A stretch of 64,000 nt of DNA from Amphiscolops sp. MND2022 (GCA_964187785.1 OZ076409.1:91886001-91950000); one strand, 5' to 3'. Positions 11,531 through 25,611 are shown, counted from the stretch's first letter. The notes: generated by a model not told the origin, from the sequence alone. Translations and numbers: made by a program.

Positions 11531-12762
11531 TATAAGTTAGCCCGTAAAACTTAGCCACTTTCAAGTTCGTATTCAATATCCATTGGCTGAAATGTGTTGA
11601 AAGTAAACGTGGCAAACTTATATGGTGGCTAACGTAGACGTGGCTGTTTTACGGGCTAACTTAAATGTGGCGAACTTACAAAGGCACCTCTACGAATAAA
11701 GCTGAAATATAGGAACGTCTTAACTGCTGGATACTTTAACATGGGTCAAAAAACAAGTCACTTTTGTTATTCACAAGGAATTCCAAAAATTTAGCAAAAT
11801 ATCAGGTAAACGGTAAATACCTGCTAAAAGCAAACATTCGATCAATATGATCAACTCTGAAATCACTCCAATTTTTTTGACATATTTCACACCAATTCGA
11901 ATTACTGTGCCTGTCTACGTAGAGCATTAGGTATTTTTTGCTGTCCGTGTAGAAATTCGCATGCAAATAGCCTACCCTACAGCTTTGATGCTGATGCATT
12001 CTGAATGAAGTCAAGTAAAAGCGGCAGCTGTGTCTCAGAGACGTGCGCTTGTGCTTGAATTGGATTTCCATATTCAATGCACAAATTCGTTCGTCGGCCA
12101 ATGTTGACTTTTTGTCAAATCACAAAAAAAATCATTACAAGAATCAGCTCATTTAAGTGAGCGCTGTTGCGAATATGAACCAAGAGATAAAAATAACTAA
12201 TTCCACGCTTTGAGAAAAACATTCGACAACTTCGATATCACTCGATTTATGAATTAACTTCTGGCTATTTTCAGCCAAAAAGCCATAATTTGATACAATT
12301 TTGCTACTTTTTAAAAAAATCAAACAATGAACAACAATGCATTATAACGGAAAGCCTCCTCAATGCAAATACCGACCGAAATTGAATGACTACAACACTT
12401 CATAACACTATCATTTTTGCATTCAACTAGCTCCTTACAGCATGCTCCGCATACTAATGCGGCACAAAATAGGCATTTGATGGAATTAAGAAAATTCTCT
12501 TTCCATGTACTTGTGAGGTGGGCGGTTTTCAAAGAAAGAATGTTTTGTTGGTCGAGTGAGATAGCTTACACTACAACTAGAGTAGTCGGAGGAGGAATAA
12601 AATCAATGTGAAATGTGTCTGTCTAGCCAATTTAAACACGTGTGGATTCCGATTCAGCAAACGTCCAACCGAAGACAGTTGTACGTAGTTGTATTAGTGT
12701 ATTATATACACTGAGAGGGTACAGAGTGTAAAGATGAAAGCTTGGCATGTGGAAAAACTTAC

Positions 12763-13035
12763 GAAGTAGAGTTGCTAGTGGGTATACGAGAAGGTTGGCT
12801 GGAAACAATGATTGGTTCAAAACCGCCCATTTGTCCTTGGCCTCCGCCGCCGCCGGAAGTGGGGGAAATACTTGCACTGTTGTTTGTGGCTCCGCCGCCG
12901 CCGCCAACACCGGAAGAGTTCGCATGTCTAGGGGTTGTTATTTTGGAATAGCCCGAGGTGCTGTCAGCCGGCCCAGCTGTTGATGCTATCGAAGAACGGG
13001 CATTGGTGGTTCCAGTCACCGGATTCACTCCCAGA
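12763..13035 (-). CDS. MARK: MARK spacer exon: LGVNPVTGTTNARSS...SRIPTSNST
   Basis: tttcag|T...TC|gtaagt; 273 nt, phase 2-2; Gly/Ser-rich. Confidence 0.85.
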
Positions 13036-13601
13036 CTGAAAGTATCAAAACTCAATATGCCAAGTTGTATCATTGGAAAAAACATGAAATATTGATCCAA
13101 CCGACAAAATAATCAGCTTTGAAATGAAATTATTGCTTCCCTCCACATTCTGTATGGAAAAGAAAATGAACTCAGCCGCGTTTTTTCCAGGTTCTAAGTT
13201 TTGCTATGTTCTAACAGAATGCTCAAAACAAGATAAAGCTTCGTCCACAGAATTCAACGACAAAAATTTGGGTTCATAGCATAACTCTCTGTGCAGATAA
13301 TCGAGCCAAAAATGCCAGAAAGTTTTTGATAGTATCATTTAATTTTTGTTTTTGAATACTTTCTCGGATATGGTTATCCAGATTTCAACGATGGTAATCA
13401 ATATGGTAGCTGAACTCTGTGGAAGAACCAATATCATTTGGAAATAAAATCGAAATGAGTCAATATTTGGGGGAAAACGCGACTCAGTTATTATCTTATC
13501 CCAGTGTGAAATATGGCCTCAATATAAAACCTTCAGTCGATGACCGATTAAACCGATAAAAATTAAAATTCAATTTAAAACAACGAGATACTTCTGCATA
13601 C

Positions 13602-14067
13602 CAGAGGTGTGACTCGCTATCAAAAAATCGCTACTCGCTACTGCCGCTAATTTGCTTATCGCTACCGCTAATTATTTTTCCGCGCGAAAAATGAAAACGA
13701 TGAAAACTCGAGTTAATCAGTTTGATTTTAATTAATCATCACTATATTCGACAAATTTTTAGGACTTAGCCGACTCCTTTTTGCAGTTTTCAAAGCGCCT
13801 GCGACAAAAAAAGGCGTTGCATTGCAGCACTTGTTGGTACAGGCCAAAACCGTTTGAATGAGGTCTGTGAACGTATGTGATGCTTCAAAGTCACGTTAGT
13901 GACCGGGGAAAGAACAAAGGCCATGGATTGAGACCATAATGGTTGAATTGAATTATACCAACGCTATCTCCCGCTATTGAAATTTCGATGAGCTAATAGC
14001 GATCGCTATCGTTGGCCAATCAAATTCAGCTAATAACGGCGCTATCGCTAACGCTATCACGCCTCTG
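13602..14067. mobile_element. hAT-type MITE
   Basis: TIR CAGAGG[T/C]GTGA, perfect 8-bp TSD CTGCATAC, TCGCTA subterminal repeats. Confidence 0.88.
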
Positions 14068-15459
14068 CTGCATACCATTAATTACTTCTCAAAAAAACCG
14101 ACTGTTAATCAAATATACCCTTGGCCGAAGAAATTTCAAAAAGCCAAAAACTAACGTATTCAGAGTTTTTAGTGTTGAAAAATGCTGCTCAGTAATCCGG
14201 CAAAAAATTGAGTTGACACTGATTCAGTCCTGTTTTAATGTCCCTTAAACTTTTGATTAACCCGAACTCGGTCGTATAAACAATACGGAAAAAAGATCTC
14301 TCAATTCTTTTAAAAACATTTACTGAACAACGTTAGTGCGAATCGAAACTCGAATAGAAAGTTTGAAAAACTTCTGCAAAAGAGTGTTAGTGGTAGCTCA
14401 AATCGGTTCTCTGTTTTTTGGAAGTTCACTTCAGATAAGTACAAGACTCCTGCCATGACGTTAGTCGCTTAAACTTTTAGTGACATCATCTTAAAGCGGA
14501 AAACTTCTTCGGTGGTTTTTCTCACGACCAGCATTGTTCAATGATTTTGGGCATACCTTTTAACATTGGTTTAATGTGGACCTAAATCATTAACAAGTTT
14601 CTCATCATTTTCGATTTCTTCCGTTTCTGAGTAAAAATTCCAACATTGAAACTTTGATGAGGATAATTGTATCTCAGGAGGGCTTACTGAGGTTGTTTTT
14701 CACAAAACCTCGTTAGTGCTACCCCGATGTTTTTGTCGCTGATCAATCATCGATATAGTTTGAATTAAAAAATTGATTGCTCACTTGAGGATGAAATGAC
14801 GGTCGTTACGTTTTCAAACATTTTTCAATTGGTTAAAAGGGCATAATAACTTCATGAAACGAACCGTTGTAAAATTGTCTAAAACATTGAATTAGCAAAA
14901 TCACAATATACAATATAAGTTACCTCCGTATCATGAATCTGTAGCTATCGCAAAGAAAAGCTCTAAATTACATTTTATCCCGATATCATGTAATTCAATT
15001 TGTTGAGCTGAAAAACTTTTAAATGCTGGTCGCTTTCAATGGAGACTTAGCGCATTTTATGCACAATGAAACCCCACAACAACTTGGATTCGAATGTTAT
15101 TCGACCCAAAATCTACACATATACCTAGTTATACGCAACCACTCAAAACCAACAAAGGCTAAGCGAAAATTCAAACAATTTGCTAGAAATTGTCAGCCTC
15201 ACGTTGAAAAAAAAAGAAATAAAGATAAATCACATGAGAATTTTGCACAAACATTTCAGAACAATATTCTTTGTCATTGATTATTGAATCTCATGGTCAA
15301 TTCATTGAAACGTAGAGTTGTCAATTTCACATCGAGAACTGTTCATGATACCCGAATTATATGATCACTTGTATTATGCACACTTAGTTCATGTCTTATT
15401 GACCGTTTACAAATAAGCATCATATGACCCGTCTTCGTTTCAAATCAAGCAATGCATAC

Positions 15460-15480
15460 GCAAAAACGAGGCCCAGACGC
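15460..15480 (-). CDS. Candidate 21-nt microexon (RLGLVFA)
   Basis: tttttag|G CGT CTG GGC CTC GTT TTT GC|gtatgc; phase 2-2 and open, but short enough to arise by chance. Confidence 0.25.
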
Positions 15481-15652
15481 CTAAAAATCTGAGCAATCGG
15501 AGCTTTTCCAATTTTAGGGTTGCTTATAACGGGGTTTAGGTGTTTATGATAGATGATCTATGACAAGAAACATGACTAGCCCCTGACGGTTATGTGCAGG
15601 AATGTCGTCTAACATTTATGATGATGTTCGCATGTGCTGATAATGTTCTAAC

Positions 15653-15733
15653 CTGTGCCTCAACTGGCGAGGCGCTTTAGACGAGGCGGCAGCCGTGTTT
15701 ACCGATTGTTGTTTCCGTAGACGTACTTTATCA
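15653..15733 (-). CDS. MARK: MARK spacer cassette exon: DKVRLRKQQSVNTAAASSKAPRQLRH
   Basis: atgcag|T...AG|gttaga; 81 nt, phase 2-2, open frame, GC-rich island in an AT-rich intron. Not in the ORF track. Confidence 0.75.
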
Positions 15734-17192
15734 CTGCATTAAAAACGTGCGCTAATGAACTATTGATACTAGATTAATTTGACATGTATACAAAAAATCC
15801 CATTCGGTGACATTCGACATGTTTTATTATTACTTAAAATTCTGTTCTTGTTTTATCACTGAACAACATCCGTTTTATAGAACATCAATTAATGAATAAG
15901 AAACTGTTCTTGGTGATTGATCAAACTCCAAATGCCTTTTAAAACAAGGTAAAGAAATCTTGATTAATTTGATTAATCTTTCCACTCGTCTGTTTATTCA
16001 TTGAAGCTGCTGGCAGCAATGTTTTACTTTAATTTCGAGACTTTGAAAGCCCATTTAGAAAATGTTGATATTGGAACGAAGGTCGCAAGAACTAATATGC
16101 AATTATTTCATCCTTCGATTCAAAATCCTTCTTATCACGTCTCTGAAAAGTATTTTTGGGGAGTTCGAGGCTTTACTGACAGGCCCATGTTTGCGATTCC
16201 CCCATACACATCGATGAGTTGAATTATACTGATTCAATTTGAGTACGGAATATTCAGTAGCACAAGCGCTTGACAAAAATTACTAAACGCTTTGGAATTA
16301 AACATCGTTTCTGCAATATTTTGGCAATAACAACGCATACTATTGCAATTCAGTTCAAGGCTTTTAGAACTGGTACTAATTTGTCAAGGACGTACACAAA
16401 AAATGCATCACGCTTTAAAATCATTCATTAACACAGAGGCGAAGCCGTGCTTCGTAAACACTTGCGAAGAAAGTTGCGAACTTTTGAAGAGAAAACCAAA
16501 TAAGCAATATCACACGGAGAACCAAGGGTTAAAGGAGTCGGACAATTTTTCTACTAATTGTCAATTTAAAACAAGACGGGAACGTCAAAAGTCGCCTCAA
16601 AAAGCGCTAGGTTTTAAAAATGAGCTCCGGACTATAGTTAAAATTTAATCAATTTTATAGCGCCAGAAATACCCGAAGGGATAGGCACAAGACTCGAAAA
16701 CCAATTTCTCCTCAACTGGAAACAACAAAAAATCCATTATTTTGAAAAAAGGGGATTTTTAGTCGGCGCTTCATGAAGTGAAACGCAACTATTATAGTGA
16801 CTCTTTTTTCCATCCACGCGAACTGACCAAAATAGTTCTTAAAAGTTCTACAAAATACTATTGCACCAAATTGCACCATGTGCCCTAGCGAACTGAACCA
16901 TAGAGGTTTTTCCTGTTTTCCCACGTAACATACCATACCGGGCGAGACCAAAAGGTCACCCCTTCCAATTTTTTTTCGGCACGGTGAGACTTTTTTCGGG
17001 AAACATTTTCCGCCAAAGGGTCCCCCTTCATTTTTTTTGATATTTTACAACAGAATGGGTGTTTAGAAACCCCAAAGGGTCCCCCTTTCACTTTTTTTCG
17101 GTATTGAGATTTTTTTCCGAAAATAAAAATTTCCCCCTTCAATTTTTTGATGTTTTGCGACAGAATGGATGTTGAAAAACCCCAAAGGGTCC

Positions 17193-17584
17193 TGTGTATA
17201 GTAATTGAAGAAAGTTTAGAGAAAGACTACTTAGTACCTGTATGTCTCCAGGCAGTCTCCAAATACCGGAAATGAAAGGCGTTACTTAGTAAAAGGTTTA
17301 GTAATATTTCATATTGAATGTTCAAGAAGGCGGTCTAAGACTTAGGCTTAATTCAATGTAACAATTCACATAAAGGGTTGACTATGAAGGGCATGGAAAC
17401 AAAACATAACCTTGAAAATTCGTTGTCGAAACATCTCCAGTTGAAAATCCATTTTGCGGGATTAAATTGTCAATTATTTGGATTGAGTGACATCAAAGGC
17501 AATAATGATTCATCAATGGCGTGATTCATCAGTCAATTTCATTGTTATAAAAGTCCGAGAAATTAAATCATGCGTTGCATGACA
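17193..17584 (-). repeat. 3' LTR of BEL/Pao element 1
   Basis: Direct repeat of 23233-23624. Confidence 0.96.
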
Positions 17585-17656
17585 TGGCCGGCCCCATTTG
17601 CAGGAGGCAAATAAACTATCAGAGATTGCAAGTCATCAAGTTTGAGATGGTCTGGG

Positions 17657-20600
17657 TTAGTCGCGGTCACAAATGAAGAGTTTCGAAAGTTTCACTGCAG
17701 GTCTTTTTATAATTCCAAAAGATGTGGCGAGGTCACATGAGCGGGCTACATTGTCAGTTCCTCTAGTGACGGATTTAACTCTTCCAACGGGCCATATTCC
17801 ACGGGCTGTGAAGTCTTCTAAAATCCAGACTAAATCTCCAGGATTTAAATCTTCTGAGTTTTTTGTCCACTTGGTTCTTCGTTGAAGTGTGGGGAGGTAC
17901 TCTTTGATGAACCTGGACCAAAAATTGTCGGCCAGAACTTGGGCTTTCTTTCAGGTGTAGGCGTCTGCGTCTTGGTCGAAGATACCTATTGGTACAACTG
18001 GCTGAGGTCTACCAAGTAAAATATGATTTGGAGTTAAAGGCTCCATGTCGGTGACGTCTGAAGAAACGTGGAGAAGTGGGCGGTTGTTCATGATAGCCTC
18101 AACTTCACAGGCAAAGGTGTGTAGCGTCGGTTCTTGAAGGGTTCTTGATCCAACAATTTTGTAGAAGGTGTCTTTGAAAGAGCGGATCAACCGCTCCCAT
18201 GCGCCCCGAAAATGAGGAGCAGCGGGTGGGTTGAAATACCAGGCGATATGTTGAAGTCCAAGACGAGCTGAAATCTCTGGTGACGCTAATTCAAGTTTCT
18301 TCAAAGCAGCTTCTAGATCTTTGTAGGCAGAGACAAATGTAGTTGCGTTGTCGGATCTGATAGACTGAGGCTGGCCTCTTCGGCAAATGAATCGTCGAAT
18401 GGCTAGAATTGTGTCGTCTGTGTTCAATTTTGCAGTAACTTCGATGTGAACAGCTCTTGTAACGAGGCAGGTAAAGAAAAGGACGTACCGTTTTTCGGCA
18501 CGTGAAGTTTTAATGAAGAACGGTCCCATGTAATCAATTCCAGTGGTGCGGAAGGGATAATTGATTGTAGAAGGGAGCCTTTCTTTCGGCAAATCAGCCA
18601 TTATTGGCTGAATAACATCTTGTTGCTGTCTGCGGCAGGTGATACAATGTCGGATGATACGTCGTAACACTTTCCGGGCTTTCAGAATCCAAAATTGTTG
18701 TTGAATCAGGGCACGGCTGAACTCGAGTCCACAATGTCCATTGGTGTCGTGAACGTGTTTCAAGTAGAGGTCGATCGAAGGGTTCTCAGCATCCAAGATG
18801 ACTGGATATCGGCTACAAAGAATTATCGAGGCCTTTCCAAGGCGGCCACGAGAACGCAAGAAGCCATGGTCGTCGATGAAGGGACTGAGTTGTACAATCC
18901 TAGACTTGTTAGATAGGGTTTTCTTCTGCAAAAGCTCGTTTATTTCTTTAGAGAAGGACTGCTGCTGAGCATTCTTGATGAGGAACTTGAATGCTTTGAT
19001 AACATGTTCCAAAGTAAGGGAGGCTTGACTGTTTTTGGCTTTGTCGGCAACGAGGAAACAGAAAGCAACGGTCCTGATTAGACGGTTCCAATTACTGAAG
19101 CGGGTAATGTCAAAAGGAGGGCTAGTGCTGCAGTCAGGTGGTGCGTCGGCATGAGACATAGCAACTTGTTGAGAAATTGGAGGCTGTGTTGGCCAAAATC
19201 GTTCTTTTTTCTGTAGAAATGAGGGTCCTTGAATCCAACGTGAAGTGGCATTCATCAGGTTAGCTTGATATCCTCTTGTTCCATCATCTGCGGGATTTTC
19301 GATAGTTGGAACGTATCCCCAATCTGAAGCTTCTGTCGAGTCGAGAATAATATTCAGGCGGTTCGCTACGAAAATCCTGTGTCTTTGATTAGAGGCGTTG
19401 ATCCAGTGTAAAACGGTTGTACAGTCCGTCCACATGAATGTCCGAGCTATGTGGAGGTCGAGTTCTTCTTTGATGTAGGTAGCAAGGCGGCTTCCTAATG
19501 TGGCTGCTTGAAGTTCTAAGTTGGGAATTGTGAGTCGTTTCATCGGGGCGACTTTTGCTTTTCCGATTAAAAAAGTGATGCTGACGTGACTGTCGTCGTG
19601 AGTTGTACGCAGGTAGGCAACTGCGGCGAATGCTTTCTCGGACGCATCGGAGAAAACATGAAGTTCATGATGTTTGGGCTGACTTCGGTAATTATGCAGC
19701 TGTCGAGGTAGTAGAATATTCTCGAGATGGTCGATTTCCTCGGTCCACTGTTGGAATTCTGCGAGTTGATCTTCTGGAATAGGTTTGTCCCATTGTTGTC
19801 CGGTGCTCCAAGCAAGCTGCATAATACATCGCAATCGAATGATTAACGGTGCTGTGATGCCTAAGGGATCGAATATAGAAGTAAATTTCAGCAGATTGCG
19901 TTGAGTTGGTATTCGAATGTCCTTGGCTTTACGGTAGCTTTCGGGTTGGATGAGGTACGTGTCTTTCTCTGGGTCCCATGGCAAACCAAGGACCCGCTGC
20001 AGTGTCAATTTATCGTCGGGATTGGCTCCAGTTGCTCGTAGTTCGGGGCTCAAACCTGCTAGGAAATTACGGCTGTTCGAGCTCCATTTGGTTAGGTTGA
20101 AACCTCCTGATGCTAAAACTTCCCGAAGTTTCCGAGCTGTATCTGTGGCGTCTTCTTCTGATGTGAGGCTGACATACAAATCATCCATATAAATGTTCCG
20201 CTGAACAATTGCGGGCAGTTCAGGATAAACAGCTTCATTGTCCTTGGCACACTTGCGGACGGCATAGCAGGCAACGCAAGGGGAGTCTGTTGCCCCGAAA
20301 AAATGTCTGGTGTACTCGAATTCGATTGTCTTCGTGTCGTTACTCCATTAAAAACGTAGATACTGTCGGTCTTTAGGGTCCACAAGCACTTGCATAAACA
20401 TGGCCTCAATGTCGGCGGATATTGCGACTGAATGTTGGCGAAATCGCATTATCAATCGTTAGGTTGCAAAGAAAATCCGGTCCTGTAAGTAAATTGTTGT
20501 TGAGTGACTGTCCTTTGAAGACACTGCTGGCATTTGTCACGCGACGAACTTTTCCTGGTTTGTTAACGTTGGTAACTGGATGATGTGGAAGGTACCATTT

Positions 20601-23056
20601 TTTCAAGGTGGCGTCGACTGTCGGTACTTCTACGATGTACCCCTTGGCAAGATCGTCATCGATTGTTTTCTTGTATTGCTCTTTGAGTGTTGGGTCTTTC
20701 TGCAAGCGTTGTTCGAGGGTGCGCAGCTGGCGTTCGGCAACCCATCGATTGTTGTGTAGATCAACATTTGGTTTCCAGAGAAGGCCGATTTGGTATTGGT
20801 CTCCAATTTTCGTTGTTGTAGACTGGAGAATGTTCTCGGCGCGACGATCGTTGGCTGAAAACGCTTTTTTGCTTGAAGAAACTCCTTCATTGTCAAGTCG
20901 CATCCAATTTTGAACTTGATGAAAAAGTTCGTCATCCAATGTGGGCGTTTGGACGAGGAGTGTCTCTGCTGTCGTTGGTAGCTGATGACTGCTGGTTCCT
21001 ACTATTGTCCATCCAAGAACTGTGTTCAGTGCTTTGGGCGTGTTGGGTGGTCCATGAATGACTCCTCGGCTGCAAATAACATCATAAGCGTCCACTCCGA
21101 TCAGGAGTGAAACATTATTAGAATGTAGTTGCGGGAATGTGACGTGTTTAAGATGAGGATGTTGCTGGCAAACTGAGTTGAGAAAATTCGGTTGCGCTGT
21201 TTGAACGTTCAGTGTTGGCACTGAAAGAACATTGTCGAGTCTGTGAGGCTGAACAGCGGAGTTGTATGGTCCGATGAAACATTGTAGGGTTGCAACTTGT
21301 ATTTCTGCAACAGTGTTGATCCCAGAAACACTGAGTGGTTGATTACCCTGTAGATTGGGTTTCAATTGCTTGGCGGCTGATTCGGCAAGTAGTGTCACAG
21401 AACTTCCGGAATCAAGCAGGGCGTATGTCGAAAGTCGATTGTTTCCGTAAGAGATGGTAACGGGAACAATAGGCACAATACCAGGCTGATGACGTCGGGT
21501 GTTGACTGTTGAAGTTACTGCTGGTTGCTGATCACGGTGCAACAACGTGTGGTGTCGTCGGTGACAACCTTCAATTCGGCAGGTTGTTTCGGATTCACAA
21601 TCCTTAAAGGCGTGAGGTCCCAGGCAATTGAAACAAAGTTTCAATTTTTTAACGTGTTCGTATCTGTTCTGAACATTAAGGGATTTGAAATGAGGGCATT
21701 GTCGAAGCAGATCGCATCCCTTTGATTCGGGAAAGAAATCTTTTTTGACTTTGTCCGTTGATGGTGCTGAGTGTGTTTTGTCGTTGGCAAAAGGTTGGTG
21801 GAGAGCGCTGCTTGTTGAACTTGAAGGTCGAAAGAACTTCGTTGTCGAGTGTTCAGAAGGTGCAAGATGTTTTGCTACAGGAATTTCACTGCAGGCGAGA
21901 GCGAATTCCCGTAACCATGAGGTAATGTCTTTAGCGTCGGTCGTTGGAGTCCTGAAGAGACGGCATGTCGGTTCCAGGCTAGTCTAGTTTCTGTGGGTAG
22001 CTTTGCTAAGGCTTGTTGAACGTTGGTTGTCGAGCATATGTCGTGCTGAAAATTCAACTGCTCGAAAGTGTCAACTAAGGTCGTCAAAAAATTGGAATAG
22101 GCAGTAAAAGAATCGGGTTGTCGAAGAGATGGAGAAGGGTGGCTGCTGAGGCGTTGCAGAAAAGAGGTGATAATTTTAGTTGGATTTCCAAATGTGTCTT
22201 GAAGGCGCTTCAGTGCAATGAAATACATGTCTCCATTGTACCCATATCCACGAATGGTAGACTTTGCTTGATCCTTGACAAGTGTTTACAAATGCGTCAT
22301 TTTTTCAACTGTTGTCATGTCAGATGAATTAATTGTGGCATTAAAGAGTCCAATCCAATCTAACCAGAGAAGCGGGTCTCCATTGAACACTGTGGGTGTG
22401 ACTTTGGGAATTGATTTTTGGAATGTTGAAGACATCCTTTGTGATGTTCCAACTCCTTGAGGAAAATAAGGACCGAAATGCGATTGATCGACTGTGGCTT
22501 CGCGGAATAATGTCCCATTGGTTCCAGCAATTGTTGAAGAAATTCCAGGAATATTCGACTCTGTAGAGAGGTCAGCAGTTGTGAAGGCCGGTAGAGGGTT
22601 GTTAGAAGTGATTATACGTTCATTAGAAGTTGTGTCATTTACCGTAGGCCGAGCAGTTTTGCACAATTGATCAGAACTGCGCTTTTTCAATAACTTCAAG
22701 CGAATAGTTCGCAAGTCATTCTCAACCCCAGCTAGTTGTTCTGACTGGGTATGAAGGTGGGTATTTGCAAGTAGAATGATTTCTTTCGTTAAAGACTCAA
22801 ATTCATCCACCTTTTGCTCTGTTTCCACAAAAAATTCCCGACACATATCAGTGGATTCGTTTGCGTCAATACAATTATTGACAAAATCAAGTGAGCAATG
22901 AATGTCGTCCAGACTAAGTTGCTGTAGTGACAACAAGCGTGAAATTTCATTATCATTTTGCGCCACTTGCATGTTAGCAATGCTATCGTTGGTAGTTTGC
23001 CCATGAGCCAAATTCAATGCGTCGAGCTCATTGCTATTGGCTACATCACCATCCAC
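17657..23056 (-). pseudogene. BEL/Pao gag-pol pseudogene
   Basis: In-frame stops at 22286 (KMTHL*TLVK) and 17951 (YT*KKAQ, probably TGG>TGA), plus frameshifts near 21930, 21700, 20450 and 20220. The integrase C-terminus continues to a stop at 17657. Confidence 0.92.
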
Positions 23057-23232
23057 GTTGTCATCATTTTGACCTTTTAATCAAGCTGGTATCCTTCGTA
23101 GTATGTCAATTAAATCAACAAACTTAAAATAAGGCAATAAAATTAGAACTTTATAACGAAAATTTCACAAACCAACGAAGAAAACTAAGGTAATTAAGGG
23201 TAAACGGGTCAGAATAAGGGGCGCCAAAATAA

Positions 23233-23624
23233 TGTGTATAGTAGTTGAAGAAAGTTTAGAGAAAGACTACTTAGTACCTGTATGTCTCCAGGCAGTCTCC
23301 AAATACCGGAAATGAAAGGCGTTACTTAGTAAAAGGTTTAGTAATATTTCATATTGAATGTTCAAGAAGGCGGTCTAAGACTTAGGCTTAATTCAATGTA
23401 ACAATTCACATAAAGGGTTGACTATGAAGGGCATGGAAACAAAACATAACCTTGAAAATTCGTTGTCGAAACATCTCCAGTTGAAAATCCATTTTGCCGG
23501 ATTAAATTGTCAATTATTTGGATTGAGTGACATCAAAGGCAATAATGATTCATCAATGGCGTGATTCATCCGTCAATTTCATTGTTATAAAAGTCCGAGA
23601 AATTAAATCATGCGTTGCATGACA
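23233..23624 (-). repeat. 5' LTR of BEL/Pao element 1
   Basis: Direct repeat of 17193-17584. Confidence 0.96.
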
Positions 23625-25202
23625 GGTCCCCCCTTTCAGTTTTTCGGCATTGTGAATTTCCAAATTTTTTTTCTCTCCAAAGGGTCCCCCCTCAGTTTCT
23701 TTGATATTTTACAACAGAATGGGTGTTTAAAAATCCCAAAGGGTTCCCCTTTCAGTTTTTTCGGCATTATGAGACTTTTCGAAAATTTGTTTTTTCTCCT
23801 AAGGATCCGCCCTTCAACTGCGACAAAAATGTTGACAATTTCGGAAAAGTCCCCCTTTTAGCGCGCCAGGGGCTCGCTCTAGCGGGCCCCAGCGCGCTAC
23901 TCAGTCCATTTTTTTGTATGTAATTTTTCCGAAAATTTTTTGATTTTCGAGTACTGTAAAAGAGAATACTTGACACGTGGAAGTCTTTTTGCTGTTTTTG
24001 AGCCTTGGATATGGCGCCGACAAAAGAAAAAGTGAAAAAATTCTCCGGTAAGTCGCATAGTGCCGAAAACCCTAAGGAGTGCTTTATGCTCGCGAAGCGT
24101 TTCTTTTATAGTAAAAATCAAGGGGCTCCGATGAACAAATTAGAAAATAGTCGCATAGTACCGAAAAAAGCCGGTCTCAAAATAACGGTTTCAAAATTCG
24201 GATATAGCGCAATATTTTCGAACCTCCCCTTCCTCTTTAGTGAACGCAATATACTTCGGATATGACGTCAAAACTTCGGATAAAGCGCAATATTTTCGAA
24301 CCTTGCCTCGGCCACCTTTAATGACACGTAACTTACTTCGGATATAGCGTGCTGGGCCACTGAGAAAACCTGATTCTAAGACAAAAAAGGATAATTTTGA
24401 AAAGTCCCACTTTGAAAAATGTAAAAGGAGGGACCCTTTGCGCTTCTTTAAACATCCAATTTGTGGTAAAATATCAAAAAATGCAAAGGGGCCCTTCGGA
24501 GACATCAAATTTTCGAAAAAAAAGTCTGTGCCGAAAAAAAATCGAAATGGGATGCCGAAAAAAAATCGATATAGACTCCTTGTAAGCAGTACTGCTTGTA
24601 AAAAATTAGCGCATGCGCACCCGTTCGAACACGAACCCTCTGAGTTGAAAAGCAAGCATCTTACCACGAATGCCTGAACTGTGCGACTTGCCGGCTGAAA
24701 CGAGAGTTGTCGCGCGGAAAAAACACCCGCACTTTTCTATAACACTCGCTTATCGCAACTTTTCAACGAAATCAGCCGTACTCTCAACTTTTTCATGCTA
24801 TACTGCATTTTCATTAGGGTTGGCTTTGAATCGGATTAAATATAGCAGGAAACTGACATTTAAAGAATGAATTGAAAGGTTGTAACAGAAATTTCAACTC
24901 CGAATTGATTTTTAGTCTTCGAAGGAACAAAGTCTTAAGTGATGAAAACGCATTCCGATTGTACAGTGCTCCGAACAAAGTCAGAAACTGCGGATTCGCA
25001 AATCAGATAACTCATCCACGCCGAGAAAAAGGGCTATTTTGATGGATTTTTTCAATAATTCTAACCAAGTTTATTATAATGTGATTATAATCAATGATCG
25101 TAATCATTTGGTTATAATCAACAAACTGATTTTCGGTATCTGGAATTACATTATTGCCCCTTGTAAACTTTTGATTTGTTCGTCTGTCTGTTCGAAAATG
25201 AA

Positions 25203-25580
25203 AACAAGTCGGGAACGGCATAAGTCGGCGTCATATCTAAGGCTCAAAAATAGCACAATGACTTTAAAGTGTCAAGTATTCTCTTCTACAGTGCCCGAAA
25301 AACCCAAAAGGGCCGAACTAAAAGGGCTAAAAGGGGGGACGCTTCGGGATTTTTAACATCCATTCTGTTGCAAAATATCATAAAATTGAAGGGTGGACCC
25401 TTCGGAGACATTTAAAATTTTCGGAAGTCTCACAGTCCCGAAAAAAAAACAAGAGGGTGGCCTTTAGTCTCGTCCGGTTTTATATGTTACGCTAAAAAAG
25501 GAACAACTACTATAGCTCAGTTCCCTGGTACATAGGATTGAGACTCATGGTACAATTTGGAGTCTTAAAATTTGTAGAAC
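25203..25580 (-). mobile_element. HINE/DINE-1-like element, truncated
   Basis: AACAAGTCGGGAACGGCATAAGTCGGCG terminus and GGGGGAC core units. Confidence 0.7.
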
Positions 25581-25611
25581 TTGAAGCACCGGCTAGTAAG
25601 TGATGGGATAC

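Larger units (their letters stand above)
17193..23624 (-). mobile_element. BEL/Pao LTR retrotransposon 1 (full length, decayed)
   Basis: 392-bp TG..CA LTRs with 3 mismatches seen and 5-bp TSD GGTCC. Domain order gag-protease(LLDSGS)-RT(YMDD)-RNase H(FSDAS)-integrase(GIDY, SDNA). PPT-like GGGGCCGGCCA before the 3' LTR and TGGCGCCCC PBS-like site after the 5' LTR. Confidence 0.97.
16756..24021 (+). mobile_element. HINE/DINE-1-like element split by the BEL/Pao insertion (16756-17192 and 23625-24021)
   Basis: 5' TTTTTAGTCGGCGC and 3' GGCGCCGAC subterminal repeats. The internal AAAGGGTCC|CCCTTTC unit is rejoined when the retrotransposon and one TSD copy are removed. Confidence 0.75.
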
